Shown here: piece after piece, positions 1-13,445 of the stretch
How positions within the stretch are numbered: the stretch's first letter is position 1
Layout: the number at the start of each line of letters is the position of its first letter
From: Vicugna vicugna
Taxonomy: Eukaryota
Direction: 5' to 3'
NCBI GenBank assembly: GCA_013265495.1
Contig: MU058844.1
Location: 3,017,520 to 3,081,519 of the forward strand
Length of the DNA stretch: 64,000 bases
Program-made: the position numbers and the translations under genes
The notes under the pieces: generated by a model
Databases searched by the model: none
Seen by the model: only the letters and a program-made list of their open reading frames with translations
Told to the model about the DNA's origin: nothing

Positions 1-59
1 AAACTTTCCCTTCTTCATGGCTGCTTTCTAAATTTATATTCCTAGATCTGATCCAGCTC

Positions 60-200
60 CTCTTATCAGAATCACCTTGGAATTTGTTAAAGATGTAGCT
101 CTCTAGTTCCACCTGAGACTGAATTAATCAAAATGCTCAAGGATAGAGCCTGGGTATATTTTCAAAAGTCCATGGGAATTTAGATGGAACTCCTGTTTGA
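60..200. mobile_element. MER5-type hAT-Charlie MITE, degraded
   Basis: 'atcagaatcaccttggaatttgttaaagatgtag...ccacctgagactgaattaatcaaaa...gagcctgggtatattt' follows the MER5A layout. Confidence 0.55.
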
Positions 201-499
201 AAGGAAAAAAGCAAAACACAACAGAAACCCAAAACGCTTCTCTTGAGAGACTTGGTTGTTACGGTATAACATTATTTTTTCCTTGGCTTGTTTTTTGCAT
301 GCCAGATTCTTAAAGGAAGGAATATGGCTTATTTATCTTTTCTTTTTTTTCTTACTTATCTATACATTTTATAACTAGTTACCAACTCTAATGCCAATTA
401 ACAGACAAGATGAACCCCATTTTAATCAGCAATACAAATAAACATGCAGATATATTTGCATTTGCTCGTTCTGTTTTCTTACCTTACTTGTACTTTGCA

Positions 500-1607
500 A
501 TCCATTTTGTTTGGGTTTCTTCTTCTGCCACACCACTGACATTGTTCTTTCAAAGGTCATCAACAGCCCTTTAATTGCTAAGTCCAAGAGACACATAAAT
601 ACTCATTTTTTTGTGTTCTCTTTCCAACTTTTGACATTGATGACCATTCCTTGTTCTTGAAATGCTGCTAATTGATATTCATCTAAATACCCTACAAATA
701 CTGCTAGTTCATAGCCCAAAGTGAGCCCAACCTCATGACCACAAATGTGCACTTCCTGCTTTGTCCTCTCTCTGTCTGAATAGCACCACCATCTACCTCG
801 TTGCCAAACAAAATCCCAAGTGTGTACCTTAATTCACCCTTTTGCTTATTCATCCTCCACCTTATGCAATTAATTACCAATTAGTTACCCACATTTCAAA
901 ACAAAAGACTCTAAAAACTCGAAGATTTTCCATAACTCACTTGGCAGCAAAACCTGTTCTGAAGTGATGGAGGGTTATTAATAGCCTTGATTCTTCATTT
1001 ATTATGAATATTTGTATGTTTACTCGGGTGTTATTGGCGTCTTAACTCATGCCCAGACCTCCCTGAGAGTACTATGTAATATATTTTATGTGCATCATAT
1101 TACCTTTCAAGAAACATTCAAAAACTTCTTAAATCCAAAGAAAAAAATTGGTCTCCACAAACCTCAGGGATTGTGAGCTTGAACTTCCCAAGTAGCTCTC
1201 AAGCACCTCTCATCCTCTCCATCCCCTTCCAGCTTAGATAAAGCCACTGTCATCTCTGGCTGGATTGCAGTAACAGCTCCCCAGCTACTCTCCCTGTTCT
1301 CACTCTTGCCTCCTCAAATCCGTTTTCCACCTGCAGCCAAAATAATCATTCTTTTTAAAAAAAATGCAAATCGTCTCCCTTAGTAAAACTCTTTGATGTC
1401 ATATTTTGCTTCTAGCATGAACTCCAAATTTAGAACATGGCCTAGAATTCCCCAGATGATCCAGCTCCTGCCTAAATCCCCAACCTTATTCCTCATCACT
1501 TTTTACCCTCAACTCAGCAGTATAAATGCCTTCTAGTTCCCCCACGTCCTGCTGTCTTAATGTTTAGTCTTGCAGTTGGACTCATAAATATTTGTTGAAT
1601 GAATAAA
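500..1607 (+). mobile_element. L2 LINE 3' region, split by MER46C
   Basis: Typical L2 blocks ('tcaaaggtcatcaacagcccttt..ttgctaagtccaa', 'ctcacTcttgcctcc..tccacctgcagcca') and the L2 terminus 'cataaatatttgttgaatgaataaa' at ~1584-1607. Confidence 0.75.
880..1181 (-). mobile_element. MER46C (TcMar-Tigger MITE) nested in L2
   Basis: 'cataactcacttggcagcaaaacctg...gcccagacctccctgagagtactatgtaatata...tgcatcatattacctttc...agggattgtgagcttg' is the reverse complement of the MER46C consensus as recalled. Confidence 0.75.
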
Positions 1608-1929
1608 CAAAGTCTAACTTGCTAACTTTCTGGGCTATTAAGAGAAACATGATAGGTATTTCTTCTGAGCAGATTCCCATTATTTCCTAATTATTCTTCT
1701 CTTGAGAATAACTATGAAGGGTGGGAGGTAGCAATGACTATAACTAATAGTATTGGGGTGTTAAAAATAGTGGTATGTACTGAAGCAAACTAAATGTTAT
1801 GACCAAGCACAAATGTTCTATTGCACTAATGACATTTCAAAAATATTTCCTGGCATCTGAGCCATTTTCTACTAGTTGCTTCTCTAGCTAGCATTTAACA
1901 GTCACACTAGTTGTACGTCTAGTTAACAT

Positions 1930-2160
1930 TATTAAGCATCTACCTTGCACATAACACTTTATATACATTGTATAAATGATTTATAACCCTTGTAATAAAC
2001 ATATGAGGTGGGTATTGTTCTCAGTCTTTCTGAAGGATGAGGAAACTGAGGCTCCAAGAATTTGATGAATTTTCCCTGAGGTCACAGTTTCAACAAGTGG
2101 CAGAAATGGAATTTAAACTCAGTCCTCTTCATCTACAAGACCTCTCTGCTCTTCCACACT
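1930..2160 (-). mobile_element. MIR SINE
   Basis: MIR core 'gatgaggaaactgaggctccaagaa...cctgaggtcacag...aagtggcagaaatggaatttaaactcag'. Confidence 0.8.
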
Positions 2161-3446
2161 GTCTTTCAGTTCAGTGAAAACTGGCCACTTCTGGGCAAGC
2201 CTGAGTGACGAATCATGGGTGAAATGGGAGGGAGTCTAGTGAGAGAGGGAGACAGAGTAAACAGGAAGGGAGAAGGAAAAAACATAGAACTTATGAACTC
2301 CTTAGTTATAAAGATATCTGACTAGATTATAAATTCTGTCAAGGAAGAGTCCGGTTGTTCTACTTCTTTATCTCTCGTGCTGCCTAGAACAGGGCTGGGA
2401 CCAGAATGGATACTTAATGAAGACTTACAGATTGATATGAATTGACTACTCATTAGTAAGATGTTGACTAAGTGTCACAACATTAATCACTCCCTACTTT
2501 CCTCCACCCTTAACCTAGAGTATGGTTGAGGTCAGGGGAAAGGTGTGGTTGTTGCAGTGAGGCTTATCAATAGAAGGCATTTTAATGCCTACAAAGACCT
2601 CATTAAACTCTGACCTAAGATAGCATTTGAAAAAGTGCTGATTGCCAATAAGCCAACATCCTGTGTTTGACTTTCAAGGAATTGAGCTGGTAAGAAACAA
2701 GTTAGATTTCTATCAATGAACTGTTTAGATACTAGCTCTTATATTCGCAAATATTTACTAAGCACTTACTGTAGGCAAGGCAATGAGTAGGCACTATGCA
2801 TGCAAGTACCCAAACATTCAGATGTATACAGTTGGAATAAATATGCCTTTAAATGTCATTTTGTTTGCCTCAAAAGTCCAAACAAAGACCTTCTATGGAG
2901 TGGGAGAAAAAAAAAACTCTTGATTTTTGCAACTGCCATGTTGTCCTTGACTAAAACACTTTCAAAGAAGCATTGTAAAATGCTCACTGTCCTGCATAGA
3001 TGATAGTGTGTCTGAATTCTGATTCTTGATGGGAAAGCTGCTATGGTCCAGCTCTGGCAAGAAAACCATCCCACTCCTTTAGAAAGTCTCAGTGAGGGCA
3101 AGAGGCCCCTGTCCTGAGTTTGTGTACGTGTGTGTTGATTTTTAGAGGAAGTAGAACAAGGTGAGTCCCAGGAAAATTCAACACTAAAGCAGTTATATGA
3201 AAAAAGAAGGAAATTGTGATAACTGGAGGAGAAGTTAGAAAGGATTCGAGACTGTTAAACTTGTGCCTATGATATGCTTAAACCAGAATTTGCACTGGGC
3301 TGTGGAACCAGAAGGAACTCCCCACTTCCCTAGTGGTCGGTAGAAATGAGAATATTTTATACCTTAGGCAAGAGACAGAAGCAGGATCCAAATAGAAAAT
3401 ATTATAAATGCTTAGAGATGGAAGATAATGTTACAGACTACTGGTC

Positions 3447-3590
3447 CAGTGTTTCCTAAATCATGTTGCCATCAAAAACACCTGAGAAGCTTTCTAAAAA
3501 TTGAAGACTTGGGCCCCAACCGCATGCCTAAATTTTCCAGTGGGTAGGAGCTGGGAATCTGCTCTATCAAGCCCCTAGGTGATTCTGAAG
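3447..3590. mobile_element. MER5-type hAT-Charlie MITE
   Basis: Starts 'cagtgtttcctaaa'; internal 'ctgggaatctgc...caagcccctaggtgattctga'. Confidence 0.65.
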
Positions 3591-4189
3591 ATAAAAGGTG
3601 ACAAATAATGGCAAATATGAAATAGTATTTATGTTATCACAGAGTAGGGCTGTTCAGAAAGAAATAAGTCCAGCACCAACTGAAATATATTCCTATTACA
3701 TGGTCATAAGTAACAATGTATAGGCCCGAACCACCAGGTGCAAAGTCCAAAGACCAGCATTCATCCCTCTCCTGGGTATATGAACTTGGAGAAGTCACAT
3801 GATGCTAGTTAACGCCTTAAATAAACTAAATAGAAATGTTATATCTGAAACATAAGCATGACCAACATGTTTAAAGTAGTCTCTCAGTTTTCTCATCTAT
3901 AAAATGTGAACACTCACATGAATCCCCTAAAGACTAATTTTCTCATTGCTAAAGTAGAATTGAAAGAAGGTCTTTTTCCTCTTAATGAGTTATTACAGAA
4001 AAACACTGGTTCATAGGAAATGTAATTAAAAACAACAACAACAACAAGGAAGATTTCCTTGCTCCTGCCTTCCAGAGATGCTATGGGGAAGAAAGTGGAG
4101 GATATGTATTCAAAGAAAGGGTGTTTGTGGTACATTTTCTCATCATTCCCAGCTCAACTCATTGTACATCAAAGTGGGAGATGACTGAC

Positions 4190-4670
4190 TGTTATGGGTT
4201 GAACTGTGTCCCCCAAAAAGATATGTTGAAGTCCTAACTCCCAGTACCTGTGAATATGACCTAATTTGAAAATAGGGTGTGTTTGACTTAAGTTAGGATG
4301 AAGTCACTAGGGTGGGCCATAACTAGTATGATTGGTGCCCTTATGAGAAGAGAGACATTCGGACACAGACGTGCGCAGAGAGGAGAACATCATGTAAAGG
4401 TACTGACACAGAAGGAGAACACCATGTGGTGACATAAGCAGAGGTTGGAGTCGTGCAGCCGCAAGCCTGGGAACACCAAGGACTCCGGCCTCCACCAGCC
4501 ACTGGGAAGAGGCAAGGACTGAGGTCTGCCCAGACTCTCGAGTGAGCATGGCCTTGCTGACATCTCCATTTCAGACTTTAACCTCCAAAACTGTGAGACA
4601 ATGTGTTTCTGTTGTTTTGAGCCTCCCGGTATGTGGCACTTCGTAATGGCAACTTTAGGAAACTAACATA
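4190..4670 (+). mobile_element. MaLR solo LTR, MLT1B/MLT1C-like
   Basis: Starts 'tgttatgggttgaactgtgtcccccaaaaagatatgttgaagtcctaa'; ends 'ctgtgagacaatgtgtttctgttgttttgagcc...aggaaactaacata'; degenerate 5-bp flanks ctgac/ttgag. Confidence 0.9.
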
Positions 4671-5023
4671 TTGAGCCAAGTCCTCTATGTCCTCAGTGAA
4701 ACTGTGTCTCTTCTCGTCCTAGCAGAAGAGAAAGAGGACTTCCATCCATGAATTTAGCAGGCCAATTGCACTCATACAGTTTGGGGGCATGTCCTTCTGA
4801 TGCCCAGAGGAACACCTGTCAATGCTTCCCTGCGTGTGGTCCGAATATCTGGAGTGGCATCACAAAGAGAGTGGCCAGGCACGCCGAGGACAAGCTGGCA
4901 GGGACAGCGTAACTCTCCAGTCTACTAAAAACAAAACGATGAAACACAATGTTGAAAGCTGTAACACCCATTCATTTCAAATTTGGTATTAGTACCTGAA
5001 AACCAAAGTGCTGACTACCACTC

Positions 5024-5062
5024 AGCTTTATATTTAAGCTTTATACATAAGCTTTATATACT
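5024..5062. repeat. 13-bp unit tandem repeat, three copies
   Basis: agctttatattta / agctttatacata / agctttatatact. Confidence 0.85.
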
Positions 5063-6517
5063 TTATGGGACAGTTATGACTAAAAGTTCATTACAAAGTG
5101 GCATTTGCTTGGGAAAACCAGGGCCTCATGAAGGAAATTGTGCCAGAGCACCTTTCTGAGATATTGCCTTGCAGTGCTGTTGTGACGATGAGATATTAAA
5201 AATAGTGGCTTTGTAAGCCAAAAGCATTACCCCAACATAGGTGTTGTTGCTGGTTTCTTATCAACATAGTCATGCAAAATAAAAAGTTTTATTATTCCAT
5301 GGGTTCATTTGTAGAAATTAAATAACAGAGCCACGAAAGGCAATATACGTTCTCACTGTCAGATATGCAAATAGAGTGAAGAAGTATCCCCATTAACTCG
5401 CCGTCTGCCTGGAGAACCAGGCCTTTCGTCTAACATCCGTCCCCTACAGGTTAATTGGGGAAACTGCTTGCTTAAAGAGTCTAGCAGTTATTCTGAGGAA
5501 ATGACTAGCCAAATATATTCCATTTGATTATGAGTGAAAATACAGATCTTAACTCGTCTCTTAAAAACAACAACAAAAAACATGTTTTGAAGGTGGGAGA
5601 AAGGAAATCTGAATTCTGCCCAACAACTGATGCTGATATTCAGTACTGTCAAGAATATTGAATTGTCTCATTCAAACTGCTTTTTAAGCTGTATATTACA
5701 AATAGGTGAGCTAGGCACTCAGTACAAAGCAGTTTCTGTACTAGCTCAGGAATTCAGTGATTCTAAAATATTCTAGGCTCGTGGTCTGTTCCACTGTCCC
5801 TGTAGAATCTTCTGATTAAGTGAGGAAGCCCAGGAATACAGGCATGAAAAGAAGATTTTATTTTTAGTTGTTGCCTTTGGCAAAAGTTCTCTTCTTAAAT
5901 GGAGGGAATTTATTCTAAAAAACCAGAGTTTTCTTTTCTGCCACGTGAAGAAATAAAAATAGCAAAAGCCTCGTAAATTATCATTCCTCAGTGTCAGGTT
6001 GTCTAGTTGTGGAGCCGATCTTTAGGTGAGGGCTGTTACAAAGTCACTCTGCAGGCAACGGTCCCCTGCCTAGTTCCCAACACTAAAATGACAACTGGGA
6101 GCAGATTAAGAAGCCTTTTGGCAAAAACGTTATTTTATTTTCATGAACAGGTACAGGTTTCAGAAGAGGCCAGACCTGATATAGACTTTCTCATCATTAT
6201 TGTATACCTCCCTTCCACCAGCAGAATTAGTGTCAAAACTACTTACAGACTCCTGTCTCATTCCTAAAGGACATCAGGACCTAATGAGCTCCACGTGTGT
6301 ACGTGCTAGGCGCTTTCTCCTCTGTCCCCGAAGCCACCTTGCTGGGGAGCCTGCTGAAAGAGGCACAGAACGGGTCAGGACTGGTGATTTGGTTTGGCAG
6401 CCACCCTGTCTCTATGGTTTGCTCTAATTGGCCTAAAGCAGGAGAAATTCAAAGAGCTTAACTGGATCTTGGCCTCCCCACTGTTGTCTTTATTCTGATC
6501 CTAATGGTTCCCTTGCA

Positions 6518-7128
6518 TGCTGGGCTGGATTCCAAGAGAGCCCCCCAGGATCTCCCTCTCTGTGCCCCAGGACTGTGAGTGTGATGGGATATCATGACCA
6601 TGCTTATGTTACTTTACATGGGGAACAGAGGGCCTTTACAGTGCAATTAGGGTTACTAATCAGTTACCTTGAAATAGGGAGATCGTTCACATGGTCCTAC
6701 TCTAATCATATGGGCCTTTTCAAAGCAGAGATTTGTATTCAGCTGGTAGCGAAGCCAGAGAGATTCAGAGGGTGAGAGGGATTTAATATGGGGTAAGTCA
6801 TAGGCTAGCAGTTGGGAGCAGCCTCTAGAAGCCGAGAGTGGTCCTCAGACAAAAGCCAGCAAGAAAACAGAAGCCTCAGATCTACAATCACAAGGAGCTG
6901 AATCCTACCAACAGCCCGAATGAACCTGGAAGCAGACTCTTTCCCAGGGTCTCCAGGTAAGAGCCCAGGCTGGTCAACACCTTGCTTTAGGCCTTCTGAG
7001 ATGCTGGGCAGAGATCCCATCAGAGCCCACCTGGATGTCTGACCTACAGATCTGTAGGCTAAGAAACATGTGTTACTGAAGCTGCTAAGTTTGTGATAAT
7101 TTGTTACTCAGCAATAGAAAACCAATAA
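6518..7128 (+). mobile_element. MaLR solo LTR, MLT1E-like
   Basis: 'gcctctagaagccgagagtggtcc..agccagcaagaaaacag...tgaacctggaagcagactc...ctgacctacag...gctgctaagtttgtgataatttgttactcagcaatagaaaaccaata'. Confidence 0.85.
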
Positions 7129-7409
7129 TCTGTGCCTGAGTCACCCTCTTTGTTTCTTGTCCAGTAACTTGGGTCCTCTGAGATAAGGACCCTACCTTCC
7201 TCTTACCAGACCCTCCTGTCTCTTAACCGAGATTCCCAGCCCAGTGACTGGGTCCCCACTACCTGGGGGATTATGGCCCTGCCCAGGTTCCTGAAAGCGC
7301 TGCCGCTGACTTCTATGTAATGGGGGACGCCTGATCATCGGGCTTCCCCGCCTCTTCATGTTAAATGTACGCCCACAGCCATTGCCTATCATTCACATAC
7401 ATTTAGAAA

Positions 7410-7600
7410 AAGGGCATAAACTTTGAAAGCAGCCAGGATTTTGAATTTCAACTTCACCACTTACTACTTATGTGAGGTCAAGACAGTGTTTATACCTCCA
7501 GGGACTCATTATTCACACTGTAAAATGGAGATGATAACGTTTGCTTTATAAGGACTAATCATAATGTATGTAAAGTATATAGCGGCATGTTATCATTACT
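7410..7600 (+). mobile_element. MIR SINE
   Basis: 'ttgaatttcaacttcaccacttactac...ctgtaaaatggagatgataa'. Confidence 0.7.
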
Positions 7601-9399
7601 ACTTTGTGTGTAAGTCCATGCAACTAAATAGTGCGTTCTTCCTGCTGAAATGGGATTCCTCCCAGAGCTGTCAGCTGGGTTTGTGCCTCCAATTTCTACT
7701 TTGGTGGGTGAGTCTAGTTCCAACCCCCCACCACTCCCAGTTGGCATACCGTATTAACCTCGCCGTGGCCCATTTCCCAGTGCAATACACCTCTGTTTGT
7801 TCATTCACCCATTTATTCATTCATCAAGGACCTACTATACGTCAGGCACCTGGAAAAGGCACAGGGATATAGTGGTGAGCCAAGCAGGTGAGATACCAGA
7901 GTTTACATTCTAGTGTGATGCCTACATGCTGGAGCCATTTCATAAGGTGTATGGATTTATTGCAGTTTGGAAGTTACCTCAAGACTTTGAGTCATAATAA
8001 CATTACCCCCAAAATGTATGGAAATGTGATCAACATTATTCTTCCCTCAAAAAACCTTTCACATCTGATAGCTACGATTTAATACTTCTTTTGCAAAAGA
8101 AAAGAATAAAGCTAGTAACTTTTATGTGGCAATGAAGTGCTCGTGAGATACTTCAACAAGTTAATGAAAAAAAATGTCACTTCGTTTCAGAGATTTGGAT
8201 AATTAATCCACAAGGCTGTGGCTGAGGCTGGGAGTACTGTAGAAGTACGTGAACGATTTGCTGGTTAGATCTCAGACTAGCTATGCCTTCTAATTAAAGG
8301 GGGGGAAACTCCTCTTAACCTCCCCCTGGAAGCAAGCCCTGACTCTCCCTGGAGATCATTTGTAGCCCAGAAGAACTCATTCCAGAGAAACACTGAACTC
8401 ATCTCAATGGCAGTTTATTGCAGAGGGGGGTGTCCAGGCTGAACAGCATAACCACATGAAGTGCCTGTCTGTGTGGGACCAATCTAAAGCCATTGGTTTT
8501 GTAAGGGAGAGCCCTTCGCTGAGATGTTGGCCCAAGATCATCAGTATCACCGTTTACAGCTTGTGCTGCAAAAGAAGTAAATAAAAAGTGAAGCTAAAAA
8601 GAAAACAGAGTCTTCACTGAGCTGCCTCCTATTTACCAGTAGTCCCACCAAGTGTTTTTCTGGATTGGCAAAACTGAGCTCTACATATTTATATTGGTAA
8701 CATTTTCCAGTAAGTTCTACCAAAAGGTGTCTGAGCACCTTGTGTTGTGAAATTCAGAGAAATGGAAAACATTAAAACAAATAAGCCTTGTCTCCCAGTA
8801 CAGCCTCCTGGAAAAGAAATTCTACCTTTCCAAGGGCATCAGCCTAAATGAGGGCTCAGTTCTTAAATTCTTTAATCAGTTGCCTTAGAAACCAGGAGAA
8901 CATGGTAAACACCTCCAGTTAGCAAGGTAATACAGTGATAGGTTTAATCACTTGTTCCTGGCCAGATACACACTTGAGTAAAGGTGAAATTGGTATTATT
9001 CACTGTGACTGATGTTCTGCATTTTCAAATCGTCGGCACTTAAATAAAGCAAAAAGTCTATCTCCTACATGACAAAGAAGAAGGAAGGAATGCTAAGTAC
9101 ACTGGGATTATGAATTCTTATTTATTAGCCAGTGGTGATTTATCTCAGCTGGAAGGCACTCAAAAAAAAGTGGAATTTTATCTTGTTCAACAAATTATTT
9201 ACTGAATTCCTTCTATGTGCAAGGCACGTAGGGAAAACCAGTAACAAATGATTTTCACTCCCATTTCTGGAGAGCACCAGGAAGTTTACAAAATAAAATG
9301 ATACACACCATGCTCTAAATATGAAAATGATAAGAGAAAAATGTTCTTTTGTGTATTTAATTTTGCCAGAGGAAGACAGATTTTGAGTTTATAGGTAAA

Positions 9400-12300
9400 C
9401 TAAGGAATCATCACATTTTAAAATTAAAGATTTGCGACCTCACAAGCATTTAACATCCACTCAAAGGTACACATATAACTAAAAGTAAAGATCATAAGTT
9501 GTGGGCTCTGAAATCAGTCCCTAATTCCATCTTCAAAGAGATTTAACTCTTAACTAGCATTGCTAAATGAAGATTCTAATAGTTTTCAAAATTGTCTTCT
9601 ATGTGTCTCCCTGTAACTTATTCCAGCCCTATTTGTGCCAAGATAACGATACCCTCTCTCTTTTTTCTCATGTTCTTACTCACAGTTTATTCTTTATACT
9701 CTATTGCATCTTTTTTCTCCTCTTCCCCAACTCTCCTTCTCCCTCTCTCCATCTCCAAACCCGGATAGCAAATGTTAAACATCTAGTTTCATATTTCTCC
9801 ATTCTCATATCTTGTACCCATACAGGGGAGAGGGGAATCACTGTTTTACCAAATGGCATTATTTTATATGCTTTCCTCAATTACCAGTGCATAATGTCCT
9901 TTTGAGGTAGGTGATGTAAGTCCAACTTACTCTTTTGGTAGATGTATAATACTCCATGTTTTGAATATACCACAGTTTATCTTCTCATTCCTCCACTAAC
10001 GGTGAATCACTCTGTTTTTCAGTATTGGGCCCCCACAGCAGAGCTGCCATCAGCATCTGCACGACTAGCCCTTTCATTCCCATGGCACAGGCGCACAGGC
10101 GTGAACCCTCTCTTCCAAACTGTATGTATGTTTTTTATTTTAAAAGTATTTCCAGATTGCTTTCTGAAAGGTGCCTCTACCAGTCATGCATAAGAATATC
10201 CTTTCCCCAAATTCCCGCCTATAGTAGATGTAATCTTCCTTTAAAAATTTTCAAACTGATGTGTTAATGTTATTTTTTCATTTTAACTTGCATTTCTCTG
10301 ACTAGTAAAAACAAACAAAAAGTTTATTGCCTATCTGGACTTGTCCTCTATAAATTACCCATTCATATCCTTTGTCCATTTTTCTTCGGTGTGTTTTTAT
10401 CTTATGGTTATCAGTATACAAGCTCTCATTTCATATTTTGAATAATAGTACTTTATCTGTGTTGCAAATATTTTTTAAACACTGATTTTCATGTATCACC
10501 TCATCCATTTTCTTGTTCTGTGTTTTTACATGTTGTGATTTAGTTTACCTGGAATTTATATGGTGAAAAATGAGGGTCAAATTTTACTTTCTGTCAGGTG
10601 GAAAGCCAGTTTTACCAGCACCATTTATGAACTAAACTATTCTTTTCCCACTGAATTAAAATGCGGTATCTTTTTTCCTGCCCCTGCCTGATCAGTTTGT
10701 AATTTCTGTGCTAGTACCTCCTTACTTAGGTTATGGCAGCTTAGAGAATGTTTTATCATCTGTTATGCTTAATCACCCCTCACTATTCTTGTTTTCTTAA
10801 TTTTATTGACTACTCTATTTATTCTTGAATATGAATTTTTAAATCATCTTATCAAATCCTCCCCCCAGAATACCCTCTAGTTTTTAATTGGCATTGTACT
10901 GAATTTATATACTAATTTTGAGAGCATGGATGTTTTTAGCCTTTTAACTCTTCTGATCTAAAGATATAGTATATTGATCCACTTGTGCAGAAAGTTTTGT
11001 CTTTACAGAAAAATTCATGGGTGTTTGTTGTTGTTGTTTTTACTATATAGGTCCTGTGTCTTTTTTGTTGGTGAATTTATTCCAAAGTTTTTCATAGATT
11101 TTTGTCACGACAGTGATGGTAATGTGTGTTCTAATTCTTATTTTGAGATGAATGAAATTCTGGTACGTGGAAAATCAATTGCTTTTTTCATATCTGTCTT
11201 ATTTTGTCAATTCTGAAACATACATTTTCACATCTCTGAAAATGAGATATATCCTATAATGATGACATCTTAATTATAACTGGCAACTCTTTTCCTTCTT
11301 GGGAGTACGTAAAGTAAAGGGCTATCTTAAAATCCATGGCATCTTAGATTTTTTGAAATATGATATAACAATAAATTTACCACATTTTCCTCATACTTCT
11401 ATTTGGTATTACTGGAATTTCTTAGATTATCTAAGTACATAATCATATCTCCAAAAAGATATAATTTTATCTTTTTGCCAAATTTATAACCAATTATTTC
11501 ATTTTCTTGTTGAGGGTAAATATTGCTGTGTTGTTTTATGTTATGAACGGTTAGCACAGGAACGATTTTAATCTTACTGTTGACTTTTTAGAGGTTTTAA
11601 TTATAAGTGACTTCTTATTTTATTCAGAGTTTTTATTGGAAATGTCTGACAAATAATAACAAATGCCTTCTAAGCATTTTACCTTTATTGGTAAAAATCA
11701 CATGGTTTTTCTCCTGCACCATATAAAATCACAATAATAATTTTCATGATTTGGAACCATTCTTGCATTCTTGGAATTAATTCTGCTCAGTATATTGTAG
11801 TTTGTGTTTCTAGATGAAATATTGGGTTCAGTTTGATCATATTTTCATTTGAGTTTTTTTTTTTTTGCTGCTGTATTTATACAGGTTGGCTTGCAGTGTT
11901 TTATCTGTATTGTCATTAGTAAGTGTTAAAATTAAGTTTCTTTTATGAACTGTGGGAACATTTACATCTTTTACTATGATCTAGAATAGTTTAAATACTT
12001 GGATGGAGAATTTCTAAGAATTTGATTAAATTTAACCACAAAGGCATCTAGTCCTATTAACTTCTTTAGTGGCTTCTTTTTATTCATCTTTCCAGTATTT
12101 TCTGAAGCATTTAGAATGCTAAAGTTGTCCTCTTTTAGATCAATTTTAGTGATTTGCATTTGTTATAACATAAGTTTCTTGTGAGTTGTCAAATGGGTTA
12201 CCACACACTTTCTTAGGCCTTTTAATTTCTGCCACATCTGTGGTTATGACTCCTTCCTCCTTTCAGATTTTTTACATTTTGTGCCTTCTCTTTTTTAATC

Positions 12301-12990
12301 AGGTTTATGTGCTATCTAGCTATTTTATTAATATTTTTAATTAGCTGAGTTCCATGTTTGTTTAACCTTTAAGCTCTTTTGTTTATTTTCTATTTCATAA
12401 TTTTTTGATTTTATGTTTATTAATATGTTCTGGTTTATTTTGGATATATTTTAATCTCCTAGAATAACTACAAAGGTACTTTAATTTTTAATCATCCTTT
12501 AGTAACAGTACCACTGAAATCTATAAATTTCTCTGTGTATAACTTCTTCTGTGTTCCATAAATTTTGAGTTGACGTGTTCTTATTTTTGCTGCCTTGGGG
12601 ATAGTTTGTAATTTCTGTTTTTATTTTTAACTTTGATCCAAGAGTTATTGAGGAATGTTTCTTAATGTCCCAATTTATTCTATAGCTATCAGGGAACATG
12701 AATTGTAAAATCAACACTTTGGATTTTAAGCTTACGTTTTGGCCAGGCTTATGATTAATTCTTGTAAGCATTCCTGGGACACTTGAAAAATTATACAATT
12801 TATTTAAAGGATGTAAGATTCTATATTGGGCTATTAATAGATCTTGTTAATTATATTACTCATTTCTTCTACATCATTACTTTTGTCTTCTTTACTTGAT
12901 TTAATTTTGAATATGTGTGTTGAAATCTCCCACTTTTTTGCTTTATAGTTTTTGCTTTATTTGGTAGCTATGCTATTTGATGCTTTGGAG
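9400..12990 (-). mobile_element. Ancient L1 (L1ME-like) ORF2/3' UTR relic
   Basis: Long T-rich antisense L1 tract: 'ccagttttaccagcaccatttatgaa', 'ttaattggcattgtactgaatttata', 'aaccattcttgcattcttggaat', 'gtgttgaaatctcccact'. Confidence 0.8.
11198..11363. mobile_element. MER104-like (TcMar-Tc2) MITE nested in L1ME
   Basis: Inverted termini 'cttattttgtcaattctgaaacatacattttcacatctctgaaa' and 'atggcatcttagattttttgaaatatga', followed by TA. Confidence 0.7.
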
Positions 12991-13219
12991 TTAAAAAAAT
13001 GCAAGTAAATAAAAATATATTTTCTGGTTCTGGAGATTTCAAAGAGGTCCTGGTCACTGACCACTATCCAGGGCTTATATTCAAATACCCACAGAAAATA
13101 TTCTACTAAGCAATGCAAGCAAGTTCAATCATGTGCTCCCTTCTATCTGAGCAATAAATAGTTTGACAAGAATGTCCTTACCTGTCTACTTATTTTACAG
13201 TTATCTACACACTGGATCA

Positions 13220-13445
13220 TCAGTGTGCTTAATGGTTAAGACTGTGAGCTCTTGAGATGAAATGCCTGGTTTCTAAAAACTTGTCCTGTCACATAAATTA
13301 TTTAACTTTGTGCAGCTCTATTTTCATGCCTGATAAATTGGAGATAATGAAGTGTACCTCGTAACATTATTGAGACAATCCAGTGATGGAATCCATAGAG
13401 GAAACTTGGAGTCGGGCATGGAGTATGGAGTACTCCATAAAAGTA
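13220..13445 (+). mobile_element. MIR SINE
   Basis: 'aatggttaagactgtgagctc...cctggttt...ctgataaattggagataatga..tacctc'. Confidence 0.65.

Noticed and set aside
7043..7058. 16-bp perfect palindrome cctacagatctgtagg
   Set aside because: Lies in an MLT1E LTR whose consensus is already quasi-palindromic at this position.
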